Shown: positions 12,438 through 25,649, numbered from the stretch's first letter. The stretch is DNA of 64,000 nt from Mobula hypostoma (GCF_963921235.1 NC_086097.1:41728001-41792000); one strand, 5' to 3'. Notes: generated from the letters alone by a model not told the origin. A program made the numbers and translations.

Positions 12438-15036
12438 TTTCTTTCTTTTTTAATCTTTTATTAGTTTTCAAATTCGTAAACATAATAACAGTACTAATAC
12501 AAAAAGATTGGGATTACATTGTTGGTAATTGACATATGCAAGCAAAAACTACAGATAATACGAGTATATTAGACCTCCCAAGCTCTTAAAATAATTAACC
12601 ATGATAAAAAAAATGAAAAAATATCAAGGAAAAAACCCCCAAAGTAAAAAAAAACTAAACTAAACTGAACCAAAAACTGATCTAAACAAAACAGAACAAG
12701 GCTGGGCTAATATATTACATTGAATACAATCATTAATGTTGTTAACTCCACTCCTCTATCCATATATTCTAGGTTAATAAAAATGATTCGGAAAAGGTCA
12801 AGCTACATCATATGAAAGTGTTGAATAAATGGCCTCCAAGTCTCTTCAAATTTAACTGAAGGATCAAAAGTGACACTTCTGATTTTTTCTAAATTTAAAT
12901 TAGAATGGAAAACCATTGGAAAACCATTGAACCATGGTGGGCTTCACAGCTGAACAGGTGAGAAGACAGCTGAAATGTCTCAACCCAAGCAAGGCTGCAG
13001 GACCGGATGGTGTCAGTACCAGGGTGCTCAAAGCCTGTGCCCCTCAGCTATGTGGAGTACTTTTCCATGTATTCAACCTGAGCCTGAGGCTCCGGAGGGT
13101 TCCTGTATTGTGGAAGACGTCCTGCCTCGTCCCTGTGTTGAAGACGCCGCGCTCCAGCGGCCTCAATGACTACAGACTGGTGGCATTGACCTCCCACATC
13201 ATGAAGACCCTGGAGAGACTTTTTCTGGAGCTGCTCTGGCCTATGGTCAGGCCACACTTAGATCCCCTCCAGTTCGCCCTACCAGCCCCGACTAGGAGTT
13301 GAGGATGCCATCGTCTACCTGCTGAACTGTATCTACGACAACCTGGACAAGCCAGCGAGCACTGTGAGGGTCATGTTTTTTGACTTCTCCAGTGTGTTCA
13401 ACACCATCCGCCCTGCTCTGCTGGGGGAGAAGCTGACAGCGATGCAGGTGGATGCTTCCCTGGTATCATGGATTCTTGATTACCTGACTGGCAGACCACA
13501 GTACGTGTGCTTGCAACACTGTGTGTCCGACAGAGTGATCAGCAACACTGGGGCTCCACAGGGGACTGTCTTGTCTCCCTTTCTCTTCACCATTTACACC
13601 TCGGACTTCAACTACTGCGCAGATTCTTGTCATCTTCAGAAGTTTTCGGATAACTCTGCCATAGTTGGATGCATCAGCAAGGGAGATGAGGCTGAGTACA
13701 GGGCTACGGTAGGAAACTTTGTCACATGGTGTGAGCAGAATTATCTGCAGCTTAATGTGAAAAAGACTAAGGAGTTGGTGGTAGACCTGAGGAGAGCTAA
13801 GGTACCGGTGACCCCTGTTTCCATCCAGGGGGTCAGTGTGGACATGGTGGAGGATTACAAATACCTGGGGATATGAATTGACAATAAACTGGATTGGTCA
13901 AAGAACACTGAGGCTGTCTACAAGATGGGTCAAAGCCGTCTCTATTTCCTGAGGAGACCGAAGTCCTTTAACATCTGCTGGACGATGCTGAGGATGTTCT
14001 ATGAGTCTGTGGTGGCCAGTGCTATCATGTTTGCTGTTGTGTGCTGGGGCAGCAGGCTGAAAGTAACTGACACCAACAGAATCAACAAACTCATTCGTAA
14101 GGCCGGTGATGTTGTGGGGATGGAACTGGACTCTCTGACGGTGGTGTCTGAAAAGAGGATGCTGTCTAAGTTGCATGCCATCTTGGTCAATGTTTCCCAT
14201 CCACTACATAATGTACTGGGTGGGCACAGGAGTACATTCAGCCAGAGACTCATTCCATCGAGATGCAGCACAGAGCGTCATAGGAAGTCATTCCTGCCTG
14301 TGGCCATCAAACTTTACAACTCCTCCATTGGAGGGTCAGACACCCTGAGCCAATAGGCCGGTCCTGGACTTATTTCATAATTTACTGGCATAATTTACAT
14401 ATTACTATTTAACTATTTATGGTTCTATTACTATTTATTATTTATGGTGCAACTGTAACAAAAACCAATTTCACCCAGGATCCATAAAGTATGACTATGA
14501 CAATGACTATGAAATGTAGTAGGGGGATTTTTCTCTTTCCAATTTAATAAAATGGATCTTCTAGCCATTAATGTAACAAATGCAATCATCCGACGAGTTG
14601 AAGAGTATGAAGAACTATGTTCCATCATTGGTAAACCAAAAATTGCGGTAATAGGATGAGTTTGTAAATTAATATGCAAAACTGTTGAAATAGTATCAAA
14701 AATATCTTTCCAAAATTTTTTCAAAAGAGGGCAAGACCAGAACATATGAGTCAAAGAAGCCACCTCAGAGTGACATCTGTCACAAACAGGATTTATATGA
14801 GAGTAAAAGTGAGCTAGTATATCTTTAGACATGTGGGTCCTATGCACCACCTTAAATTGTATCAGCGTATGTTTAGTACATATAGAGGAAAAGTTAACTA
14901 ATTGAAAATTTTTCTCCTATTTCTCTGTAGGTAAGTGAAGTTGAAGTTCCCTTTCCCATTCATTCTTAATTTTATCAGATATACCTGGCTGTATTCTCAT
15001 AATTATATCATAAATAGTTGCTATTAAACCCTTCTA
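12438..15036 (-). mobile_element. 5'-truncated L1-clade LINE (ORF2 C-terminal CCHC, 3' UTR, A-rich tail)
   Basis: ORF 14431-14850 has CDRC-x8-H-x4-C then FW..ARRSILLNWK, continuing below ~12930; A-rich tail at ~12438-12460; 12-bp TSD at 12426-12437 and 15037-15048. Confidence 0.88.
12930..14512 (+). mobile_element. Rex1-type LINE inserted in the L1
   Basis: KAAGPDG..YRLVALTSHIMKTLERL..LDPLQFA, FFDFSSVFNTI, TGAPQGTVLSP, KFSDNS (ORFs 12934-13302, 13364-13876, 13925-14356); ATGACT-type tail. Confidence 0.92.
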
Positions 15037-15889
15037 CTGTTCTAAGTCATTGGTTTTTCCATTCCAGGCTGTGATAGAGCCAGTCAATATAACCTCCACC
15101 ACACACCTGTAGAAGGTTGTCAAGGTTCAGATGTCATTCTGAATCTTTAAAAATTTCTAAGGAAGTATAAGTACTGCTCTGCTTTCCTCATAACTACACA
15201 AATGCTATGCCGAAGACAGGTCCTCTGAAATGATCGCACTGAGGAATTTAAAGTTGCTGACCTTCTCCACCTCTGATCTCCTGATGAGGATTAGCTCATG
15301 CATCTCCGGTTTCTGCCTACTGAAATCAATGGTCATCTCCTTGGTTTGCTGAACTTGAGTGGGATGTTGTTATTGTGGCTCCACTCAGCCAGATTTTCAA
15401 TCTCCCTTCTATACGCCAATTCATCACCACCTTTGATTCGGCCAATGACAGCGGTGTTGTCAGCAAATTTAAATATGGTACTGGAGCTGTGCTTAGCCAC
15501 ACAGTCATGAATGTAAAGCGAGTTGAGCAGGGGGCTAAACAGACAGCCTTGTGGTGCACCTGTGATGTTGGAGATTGTGGAGGAGATCCGAATTGACTGG
15601 GGTCTGCAGGTGAGAGCATCAGGATACAAAAAGGTAGGAACATTGTCACGGTTCCTTTGGTGTCATTGTGGGGAGCCATTGTAGTTGGGTCCTGACCCGT
15701 AGGTGGAGATGTGAAGGAGAGGGGTCAACTCTTTCACTGTATGTCCGAAACCCTCGTGCCAATCCTAGGAATGAGAAGGTGCTTCACTGCACCAGCACTT
15801 CATTCTGCTCTCACTTCCTGCTCCATGTCTCTTTTTGACTGAGGATCTTCACTGGATTATTGTAGATAATTTTGTAGATTAAGGTATCA

Positions 15890-16165
15890 ATAAGCTTGAA
15901 AGAGTGCATGTTGCCGGGACTTAAGCTATAAGGAAAGGTTAAATAGGTTAGAAATTTATTTCCTTACCATAGGAAAATGATGGGAGATCTGACAGAGGCA
16001 TACAAGATTCTATGGGATATAGATAGGGTGAGCGCATGCAGGCTCTTTCCCATGAGGTTGGGAGAAACCAGAACTAGAGGTCACAGGTTTAAAGTGAAAG
16101 GTGAAATATGTAAGGGGAACCTGAGGATGGATCTTATTCACTCAGAGGGTGGTGTAGTGTGGAAC
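15890..16165 (+). mobile_element. CR1 3' fragment
   Basis: ORF 15977-16213 GDLTEAYKIL..TRTRGHRFKV. Confidence 0.75.
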
Positions 16166-16315
16166 GAGGGAATCCTATCTTATTCACTCAGAGGGTGGTG
16201 TAGTGTGGAATGAGGGAATCCTATCTATTCACTCAGAGGGTGGTGTAGTGTGGAACGAGGGAATCCTATCTTATTCACTCAGAGGGTGGTGTAGTGTGGA
16301 ATGAGGGAATCTTAT
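16131..16315 (+). repeat. 46-bp minisatellite, 4 copies
   Basis: Unit TCTTATTCACTCAGAGGGTGGTGTAGTGTGGAAYGAGGGAATCCTA repeated in tandem. Confidence 0.95.
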
Positions 16316-16463
16316 GACACAGAAAAAAGAAAGATGACCAATAATAGTTATCCAAAAAAATAACTCTGCTCACTTTCCCCCAACAGTACTGATCCCCTTT
16401 TCACCAAACATTCTCTGGGAATAATTGAATTAACTGAGTGCAGTGGGCTGCGATCAGTCCAAT

Positions 16464-16730
16464 AAGACATCAATAAGACGTAGGAGCAGAATTAGGCCAT
16501 TGGCTCATTGAGTCTGCTTCACCTTTTCATCATGGCTGATCTGTCTCCCTCTCAGCCCCAGTCTCCTGCCTTCTACCCGTAACCCTTCATGCTCTGTTTA
16601 ATCAGGAGTCTGTCAAACATTGCTTTAAATCATCAAATGACTTGGCCTCCACAACCGCCTGTGGCAGCAAATTCCACAGATTCATCACTCTCAGGTCAAA
16701 GAAATTCCTCCTTACCTCTGTTCTTAATGA
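16464..16730 (-). mobile_element. CR1 3' end
   Basis: ATAAGACGTAGGAGCAGAATTAGGCC..AAATTCCACAGATTCA..AAAGAAATTCCTC matches the 3' end of the CR1 at 19014. Confidence 0.8.
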
Positions 16731-17900
16731 ACATTACAAGGTTACCTGGTCCAATAACCAACCCTGCTTCCTCTCTGCAGCGTTCTGACCATAAAAAATC
16801 AAGGTGAGCCTGACACTTAAACAGGACCTTTAATGACGTTTGATGGATTCACATCCAATTTAGCATTTCTGAGGTTTAATCATCTGTAATGTAGCAAGTA
16901 AGGCAACCAGCATGCATACAGCAAGCTCCCATGTATAGAAATAAAATAATGACCAGCCAACCTCTTCTTGTGGTGATAAGTGAGGAAAAAGCATTGACCA
17001 GGACAACAGGCACAACTTACCTTCTCTTCTATCACATTATTTCTGCTTTCAAAACAAAAGTGATTCAATTTTTCTAAACATTTCATTATGAAAGAGTAAT
17101 TTTTTTCTGAATCTTTTTATTGCATTTGGTCACTGTACAATGAGTGACTGTGATTTTCACTGTGCTTTATTGAAAAGATTATTATATTTGCTGGTTTCAG
17201 TGTTCCTCATTGTTAACTGGTAAATATTGTAATGAAAAGCAGGAAAAATATTGTCATATTAAATATAACATAGAACAGTACAGCCCAGGAACTAACCTTC
17301 ATTCCACAATGTTGTACTGAACCAGCTCAAAAGCAAATTAAAAACACCCAAAATCTAATCTCTCCTGCCTACAGAATGTCCATATTTCTCCACCTTCCTT
17401 ACATCCATGTGCCTATCTAAACGTCTCTTAAAATCCTCTAATGTACTTGCTTCTACCACTAAACCAGGCAGCGCATTCCAGGCATCCACCATTCTCTGAG
17501 GAAAAAAGCTTACTCCTCACATCCCCTTTGAACCTAGCTCCTTTCACCTTCAATGCATACCCTCTGATATTAGACATTTCAACCCTGGGAAACAGATACT
17601 CCGGGTCTACTCGTTATCCTATGAACCTCTATCAGATCTCTCCTCAGCCTCATTTGCTGCAGAGAAAACAACCCAAGTTTACGCAGCCACTCATGATAGT
17701 GCATGCCCTCTAAATCAAGCAGCATCCTGGTGACCCTCTTCTGTAACCTCTCCAAAATCTCACCTTCCTTCCTATAGCAGGGTGACCAGAGCTGTATGCA
17801 ATTCTCCAGATGTGGCCTAACCAGAGTTTTACATCCTGACTTTTGAACTCAATCCCTCAACTAATAAAAGCAAGCATTCCATAAACCTTCTTAACCATCT

Positions 17901-18930
17901 TCAGAATCAGAATCAGAATCAGGTTTATTATCACCAGCATGTGTCATGAAATTTGTTGACTTCGCAGCAGCAGTTCAATGCAATACATATTACTGAAGAA
18001 AAGGGGAAAAATAATAATGATAATAATAATAATAATAATAATAATAATTAATAAATAAATAAATAACTCAATTACAGTATATGTAATATGTACAGTATAT
18101 GTATAGATTAAAGATTGTGCAAAATATCAAAAATAATATATATTAAAAATGTGAGGTAGGGTTCACAGGTTCAATGTCCATTTAGGAATCGGATGGCAGA
18201 GGAGAAGAAGCTGTTCCTGAATCACTGAGTGTGTGCCTTCAGGCTTCTGTACCTCCTACCTGATGGTAACAGTGAGAAAAGGGCATGCCCTGGGTGCTGG
18301 AGGTCTTTAACAATGGACACTGCCTTCTGAGACACTGCTCCTTGAAGATATCCTGGGAAATTTGTAGGCTAGTACCCAAGATGGAGCCAACTAAATTTAC
18401 AACCATCTGCAATATCTTTCAGTCCTGTGCAGTAGTCCCCCCCCCCACCAATACCAGACAGTGATGCAGCCTGTCAGAATGCTCTCCACAGTACATCTAT
18501 AGAAGTTTTTGAGTGTATTTGTTGACATGCCAATTCTTCAAACTCCTAATGAACTATATTCGCTGTCTTGCGTTCTTTATAACTACATCGATATGTTGGG
18601 ACCAGGTTAGGTCCTCAGAGATCTTGACTGCCTAACATAGAGTAGACAAGAGTAGAGTAGACTGCCTAACATCAACCTCTGAGTCAGAGATCACAAGGTC
18701 ATCAGGTGCAGCAGGGATCTTCACAGCTGTAGTTGTGTTCTCCCTTTCAAAGTGGGCATAGAAGGCATTGAGTTCATCTGTGGTGAAGCATCATTGCCAT
18801 TCATGCTATTGAGTTTCGCTTTGTAGGAAGTTATGTCTTGCAAACCCTGCCAGAGTTGTCGTACATCCGGTGCTGTCTCCAACCTCATTTAAAATTGTCT
18901 CTTTGCCCTGGAAATAGCACTCTGACCTGT
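17901..18930 (-). mobile_element. Rex1/Babar-type LINE 3' portion nested in CR1; includes (AAT)n at ~18010-18065
   Basis: Starts TCAGAATCAGAATCAGAATCAGGTTTATTATCACC; highly similar to 11218-11768. Confidence 0.85.
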
Positions 18931-19013
18931 AGAGCCTTATCAACCTGTATAACCTCTTCCAGGGAGCTATGAACTTGGATCACAAGATCTCTCTGCTCAG
19001 CAACACTGTTAAG

Positions 19014-22000
19014 AAAATAAGACCATAAGATATAGGAGCAGAATTAGGCCAATTTCATCATGGCTGATCTAATTTCCCTCTCAGCTGCCAACTCCTGCCT
19101 TCATTTTGTATCCCTTCATGCCCTGACCAATCAAGAATCTATCAAACTCTGACTTAAATATACATAAAGACTTGGCCTCCACAACTACCTGTAGCAAAGA
19201 ATTCCACAGATTCACCATTCTCTGACTAAAGAAATTCCTTCTCATCTGTATTCTAAAAGGACATCCCTCTATTCTTAGGCTGTGTTCTCTAGTCTTAGAC
19301 TGTCCCACCACAGGAAAACTCCTCTCCAAATCCACTATATCAAGGCCTTTCACCATTTGATGTTTCCATGAGGTCATCCCTCATTCCTCTGAATTCTAGT
19401 GAATACAGGACCAAAGCCATCAAAAGCTCTTCATATGACAAACCATTCAATCGTAGAATCATTTTCATGAACCTCCTTTGAACCCTCTCCAGTTTCAGCA
19501 CATCCTTTCCAAAATAAGGGGCCCAAAACTGCTCACAAGACCCAAGTGAGATCTCACCAGTGATTTATAGTCGCAACATTACATCCTTGCTTTTATATTC
19601 TAGTCCTCTTGCCTTCTTCACCGCAGACTCAACCTGCAAACTAATCATTAGGAAATCCTGCACAAGGACTCACAAGTCCTTTTGTGTCTCCATTTTTTTT
19701 TGTATTTGCTCTACATTTAGAAAATAGTGAACTCTTTCATTTCTTCTACCAAAGTTCATGATTATATATTTCCCATCACTGTATTCCATCTGCTATTTCT
19801 TTGCTCATTCTCCTAATCTGTCTAAGTCTTTCTGGAGCCTCTCTACTTCCTGAAAACTACCTGCCCCTCCACTTATCTTCATATCGTCTGCAAACTTTGC
19901 AACAAAGTCATCAATTCCGTAATCCGTATCATTGACATGTAACGTAAAAAGTATTAGTCCAAACACAGACCCCTGTGGAACACCACTAATCACTGGCAGC
20001 CAACCAGAAATGATTCCTCTTTAATTCCACTCATAGCATTCTGCCAATCAGTCACAGCTTTATCCATGCTAGATTCTTTCCTGTAATGCCATGGGCTTGT
20101 AACTTGTTAAACAGCCTCATCTGTGACACCTTGTCAAAGGCCTTCTGAAAATCCAAGTTCACAACATCAAATGATTCTCTTCTGTCAATCCTGCTTATTA
20201 TTTCTTCAAAGAATTCTAACAGGTTTGTCAGGCAACATTTTCCCTTGACTATGCTGACTACAGCCTATTTTATCATGTGCCTCCAAGTACCCTGAGACCT
20301 CATCCTTAATAATCAACTCCAACATCTACCCAAGAACTGAGGTCAGGCTAACTGGCTTGTAGTTTCCTTTCTTCTGCCTCTCTCCCTTCTTGAAAAGTAA
20401 CATTTTCAATTTTCCCGTCTTTCATAACTGGAAATTTTCATTACTAATGCCTCCACAACCTTTTCAGCCACCTCTTTCAGAACCCAGGTTGTACACCATC
20501 TGGTCCAGGTGGCTTATCTATCTTTAGAACCTTCAGTTTGTCTGGAACTTTCTCTCTAGTTATGGTAACTTCATGACCCCTGACACCTGGAACTTCCACC
20601 ATACTAATGGGGGGAGGAGAAGATGGCGGCATGAGGCAGTGTGCGCGGCCGCTCCGAATTGATACCATATTTGTGAACTAGGATTCCGTGCACAATCCTG
20701 ATTTGATGGAGACAGCAGTGGGAAGCACGGAGGAACATCTCGAGAAACTTCTGAAATGCCTGCTTTGCTGCTGCTGCTACTGTGCAATCAAGAATCTCCG
20801 GAGGGGAAGGCCCCAAATCCTCGGCTTTGCCTATTGCCTGTTGCCGGGGCAGGGGTCGAAGCGCTCAGCAGAGATGGTGCTCGGTGCTCAGTGTCAGAGA
20901 GCTGGTCGGAGGCTCGGAGTTTTCGGACGGACTCAGAATCAGACTGTGGTCAGGGTGGTTCCAGGGTGCTGCATCGGCAAGTTTGCGGCGCTGGAAACTT
21001 CCTTCAACCATCTGCGTAAGATGATGGGACTTTTGAGAGACTTTGAGACATTGTTTACCGTGCCCATGGTCTGTTCTTCTATCAAATTGCGGTATTGCTT
21101 GCACTGTTGTAACTATACGTTATAATTATGTGGTTTTTGTCAGTTTTTTTAGTCTTGGTTTGTCTTGTGTTTCTGTGATATCATTCTGGAGGAACAAATT
21201 GTATCATTTCTTAATGTATGCATTACTAAATGACAATAAAAGAGGACTGCGTGTCCTCATAATCTAATCTAATCTGTTAGTCTCTTCCACAGTGAAGAAT
21301 AACACAATATTCTTATTTACTTCATCCACTATTTCATTTTTCCCATTACTACCTCTCCAGCATTGTTTTCCAGCAGTCCAATATCCACTCTCACCTCTTT
21401 TCTGTTTTGTGCATTTGAAGAAATTTTTGGTATCCTCTTTAATATTATTGGCTAGCTTACTTTCGTATTCCATCTTTACCATCTTAATGACTTTCTTAGT
21501 TCCCGTCTGTTGGTTTTTAAAAGTTTCACAATTATCTAACTTCCCACTAACCTTTGCTCTATTGTATTCCCTCTCTTTGGCTTTTATGTTGGCTTTGACT
21601 TCCCTTTTTTAGCCTCAGTTGTGTCATCTTTCCTTTAGAATACTTCTTCCTCTTGGGATGTATATATCCTATGCCTTCTGAATTGCTTCTGGAAATACCA
21701 GCCATTGCTGCTCTGCTGTCAGCCCCACCAGGGTTCTTTTTCAATCATCTCCTCTCTCATGCCTCTCTAAATCCCTTTACTTCACTGTAATATTGAAACA
21801 TCTGACTTTAGCTTCTTCTCCTCAAATTTCAGGATGAATTCGATCATAGTATGATCACTTGCCTCTGAGGGTTCTCTTACCCTAAGTTATCTAATCAATT
21901 CTGATTCAATGCCCAATCCAGAATAGTTGCTCCCCAAGTGGGCTCAAATATAAACTGCTCAAAAAAGCTATCTCGTAGGCAGTCTAGAAATTCCCCCTCC

Positions 22001-23960
22001 TGGAATCCAACACCAACCTGATTTTCCCAATTGACCTGCATATTGAAGGCCCCTGTGACTATTGTAACATTGCCCTTTTGGCATGGATTTTCTACCTCCC
22101 GTTGGAACTTGTAGACCACAACCTTACTACTGTTTGGGGATCTATATGCACCTCGCTTCAGGGTCTTTTTACCCTTGTAAGTCCTTAGCTCTGTCCACAA
22201 TGATTCAACACCTTGCGACCCTATGTCAACTCTTTCTAATGATTTGATCTCAATTTTACCAACAGAGCAACCCCATCCCCTCTACCTTCCTGCCTGACCT
22301 TTCAATACAATGTGTACCCTTGGATATTGAGCTCCCAGCTCTTTCAGCCATGATTCAGTGATATCTGCAACTTCATACCTGTCAATCTGCAGCTGTGCTA
22401 CAAGTTCATCTACCTTATTCTGTAGAGGACCATTCACACTTTACACCTTTTTATGTTGCAACTTGTCCTGTTGTCTCTCCTCACTACACATTGCATTCGT
22501 TTGTAAACCAGCTACCTCATCATCAGCACTATTATCTGCCTTTCTTACAATACTTCTTGCATTGAAATATAGGCAGCTCAGGACACTAGTCACACCATGC
22601 TCAACCTTTTGATTCCTAACTTGTCTGAGCTCTTACCAACATCTGCCTCTACAACCTCTCCACTAACTGTTCGGGCACTCTGGTTCCCATCACCCTGCAA
22701 CTCTAGTTTAAACCCCACCATGCAGCATTAACAAACCTTCCTGCTAGGATATTAGTCCCCTCCAGATCAGGTGCAAATCATCCCTTCTGTACAGGTCCCA
22801 CCTTCCCTGGAAGAGAGCCCAATGATCCAAAAATCTTATGCCTTCCCTCCTACACCAACTCCTTAACCATGCATTAAACTGTATAATCTTCCTAGCTCCG
22901 GCCCCACTAGTATGTGGCACGAGTAGCAATCGTGAGATCACAACCCTAGAGGTCCTGCCCTTTAACTTAGCACCTAACTCTCTGAACTCCTTATGCAGAG
23001 ACTCGTCACTCATCCTACTCTTGTTATCAGTACCTACATGGATCATGACTTCTGGCTGTTCACCCTCCCAGTTATGAATGCTAAGGACTCATCCGAGATA
23101 TCCTGGACCCTGGCACCCGGGAAATAACTTATCATTCAAGAAACACGTTCTCCATCACAGAACCTCCTGTCCGTTCCCCTCCTAATGAATCCCCTATCTC
23201 AACAACATTCCTGTTCTCCCCTGCTTCTCTTTTGAGTCACAGAGGCAGACTCAGTGCCAGAGACCTGACCACTGTGACTTTCCTCTATTAGGTCATCCCC
23301 CATGACAGTATCCAAAATAATATACATGTTATTCAGGGGGATGGCACAGGGGTACTCTGCATTGGCTCCTTAACCCCTTACCCCTTCCTGACTGCCACCC
23401 AGTCTCCTGTGTCCTGCACCTTGGGTGTAACTACCTCTCTATATGTCATATCTATCACCCCCTCAACCTCCCGCTCCAACTCCTTAACGTGGATTGTTAG
23501 AAGTTGCAGCTGGATGCACCTCATAGTTGTAGTTGTCCGAGACACTGGAGGTCTCCCTGCCTTCCCACATCCCGCAAGAGGAGCATTCCACTATCCTGCC
23601 TGGCATCTCTACTGTCCTGGCTGAGCAGATATAAAGAAGGAAAGAAAAAGAAACTTCACCTTGAGCTTTTCTTTTTCTTTCCTTTTCTTTCTCTGGCTGA
23701 ATCCTCTCTTCATTGGCCTCGAAGCGCTAAAGCCTCAAGATCTCCATTCTGAATCTGTCCACTCAGATGACAGCCACTGTGACTATTGCCCATGTGCTTG
23801 CCCCTGCCTTCTTTTAATTTGCTCTTGCTAATTGGTTGCTGGTTGCCGGTCAAAGCTCCTATTCACTGCTGCTACCTTCTGCTGCCTTTTCTACTGGGGT
23901 AGTGGACTAAATTGAAGTCCCCTCCTCTCAAAACTTCCAATGTCCAGATTGGCCATTGGG
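19014..23960 (-). mobile_element. Decayed near full-length CR1 nested in another CR1
   Basis: ORF1 esterase (HVGTDN..RFLDHW..DDLHL, 22744-23046), APE (YRSPNS, 21895-22200), RT (SGVPQGSVFG..KFADD, 19805-19993), C-terminus (19081-19377). Confidence 0.88.
20606..21275 (+). mobile_element. Non-autonomous retroposon (~670 bp) inserted in CR1
   Basis: GC-rich start with AAGATGGCGGC; AATAAA, stem-loop GAGGAC-TGCGT-GTCCTC and (AATCT)3 tail; flanks rejoin into continuous CR1 (TTCCACCATACT/GTTAGTCTCTTCCACAGTGAAG). Confidence 0.75.
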
Positions 23961-25377
23961 CAAAGCACTTAATAAGGATTTTGCCCTTAACAATGTACTG
24001 ACTCCTTGCATTTGCCCTACTAGGGTGCAACACCTCACATTTTTCAGGGCTAAACTCCATCTGCCATTTCTCTGCCCATATTTGCCATGAATCTATATTG
24101 CACTGTATACTTTGCCAGCTTTCTACACTATCCACAACTCTGCCAATCTTAGTATCATCCATAAATTTACTAACCCATACATCTATGTTTATGTCAGGTC
24201 ATTTATGCACATCACAAACAGCAGAGGTCCCAACACAGATCCCTGCAGAGCACCACTAATTACAGACCAGCAGTTCGAATGTCTCTTCAACCACTACCCT
24301 CTGTCTTCTATGCACAAGTCAGTTTGGAATCCAAACAGCCAATTCACTGCAGACCCCTAATCTTCTGGATTAGCCTCCCATGATGGACTTTGTCAAATGC
24401 CTTATTAAAATCCACGTAGACAACATCCACTCACTACCCTACCCTCATCAATCTCTTTTGTCACCTTGTCAGAAAACTTAATAAAATTGGAAAACACGAT
24501 CTGCCCTGCATAAAGCCATGCTGGTTCTCCCTAACTAGGCCGTGGACTTCCAAATGCTCAAATATCCTGTTCCTAAGAATTTCCCTACAACTGACGTGAG
24601 AATCACCAATCTAGAGTTCCCAGGATTTTTCCTTGTTCCCTTCTTAAATAGGGGTGCAACTTTACCCACTCACCAGTCCTCCAGAACCTCATCTGTATCC
24701 AGAGAGAACATGGTACTGGTCAAGGGCCCAAACAATCTCATCTCTTTCCTCCTTCAATAACCTGTAGTACTTTGTAAATCTCATCAGGTCCTGGGGATTT
24801 ATTCACCTTAATACTCATTACGAGGCCCAACACTTCATTCTCCTCAAGCCCTAAATGCCCAAACATACTTATACACTCAGCACCGATCTCCTGGTCCTCC
24901 ATATTCTTTTCCTTGGTAATTACTGAAGCAAAGTACTCATTAAGTACCTCATTCACATTCTCTGCATCCAAGCAAATATTCCCCCCTTTATCCTTGAGTG
25001 GTCCCACCCTCTCCCTAGTTATCCTGTTGCTCTTGATGTATGTATAATATGCCTTGGGATTCACCTTCATACTACTTGCCAAGGACTTTTTATTGCCCCT
25101 TCTGGCTTTCTTAATTGCTTTCTTCAGTTCTTTTCTGCCTTTTGCTTCTTTCTACAACTTGTGTACTTCATTTGATCCTAACTTCCAAAGCTTTACATAC
25201 CTTTCCTTTTTCTTCTTGAGTACATTCATCACCTCTCAGGAAATCCAGGATTCTCTTATTTTCCGTACCTGTCATTTCTTTTAACAGGAATATACCTTTC
25301 CTATGCTCTGCAATTGATCCTTAAACACCCTCCACGTGTCTGATGCAGACTTGCCAGCAAAAAGGTGTTCCCAATGA

Positions 25378-25494
25378 ATAAAAAGAGAAAATCTGCAGCA
25401 ACAGACGCAAAATGCTGGAGGAACTCAGCAGACCAGGCAGCATCTATGGAAAAAAGTAAACAGTCGATGTTTTGGGCCAAGACCCTTCATCAGG
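25378..25494 (-). repeat. Solo Penelope-like terminal repeat with decayed hammerhead motif
   Basis: Minus strand reads CCTGATGAAGGGTCTTGGCCCAAAACATCGACTG. Confidence 0.8.
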
Positions 25495-25649
25495 TTTGGT
25501 AGTGACCATAGCTATCCTGAAAGTTAAGAGTTGCAATCACTGTTCCCTAACTGCTCACCCACGTAAACATCAGTCACATGGTCAGGCTCATTATTCTTTG
25601 AAATCGTTTCTGAATCTTTTGAATTCACTTCAGAAGGCTGATGGCACAT

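Larger units (their letters stand above)
11905..15620 (-). mobile_element. Rex1/Babar-type LINE hosting an L1 insertion
   Basis: RT motifs TGAPQGCLFSPLL..KFADNT (ORF 15333-15629); 3' end at ~11905-12437; split at the TSD CTGTTCTAAGTC. Confidence 0.8.
17268..25600 (-). mobile_element. Outer CR1 LINE in pieces (17268-17900, ~18930-19013, ~23968-25600)
   Basis: 3' end at 17268; RT remnants MDDTKIG..WAEKWQMEF (23872-24162) and NPKAYYTYIK..KSPGPDEI (24738-25082); sequence is collinear across the inserts (CAACACTGTTAAG joins GATTTTGCCCTTAACA). Confidence 0.8.

Noticed and set aside
16131..16315. CRISPR-like array
   Set aside because: Units are contiguous with no unique spacers, derive from CR1, and the context is eukaryotic
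20688..21125. Overlapping ORFs in the GC-rich insert as genes
   Set aside because: Several frames are open because of GC content; no domain motifs; lies within a retroposon
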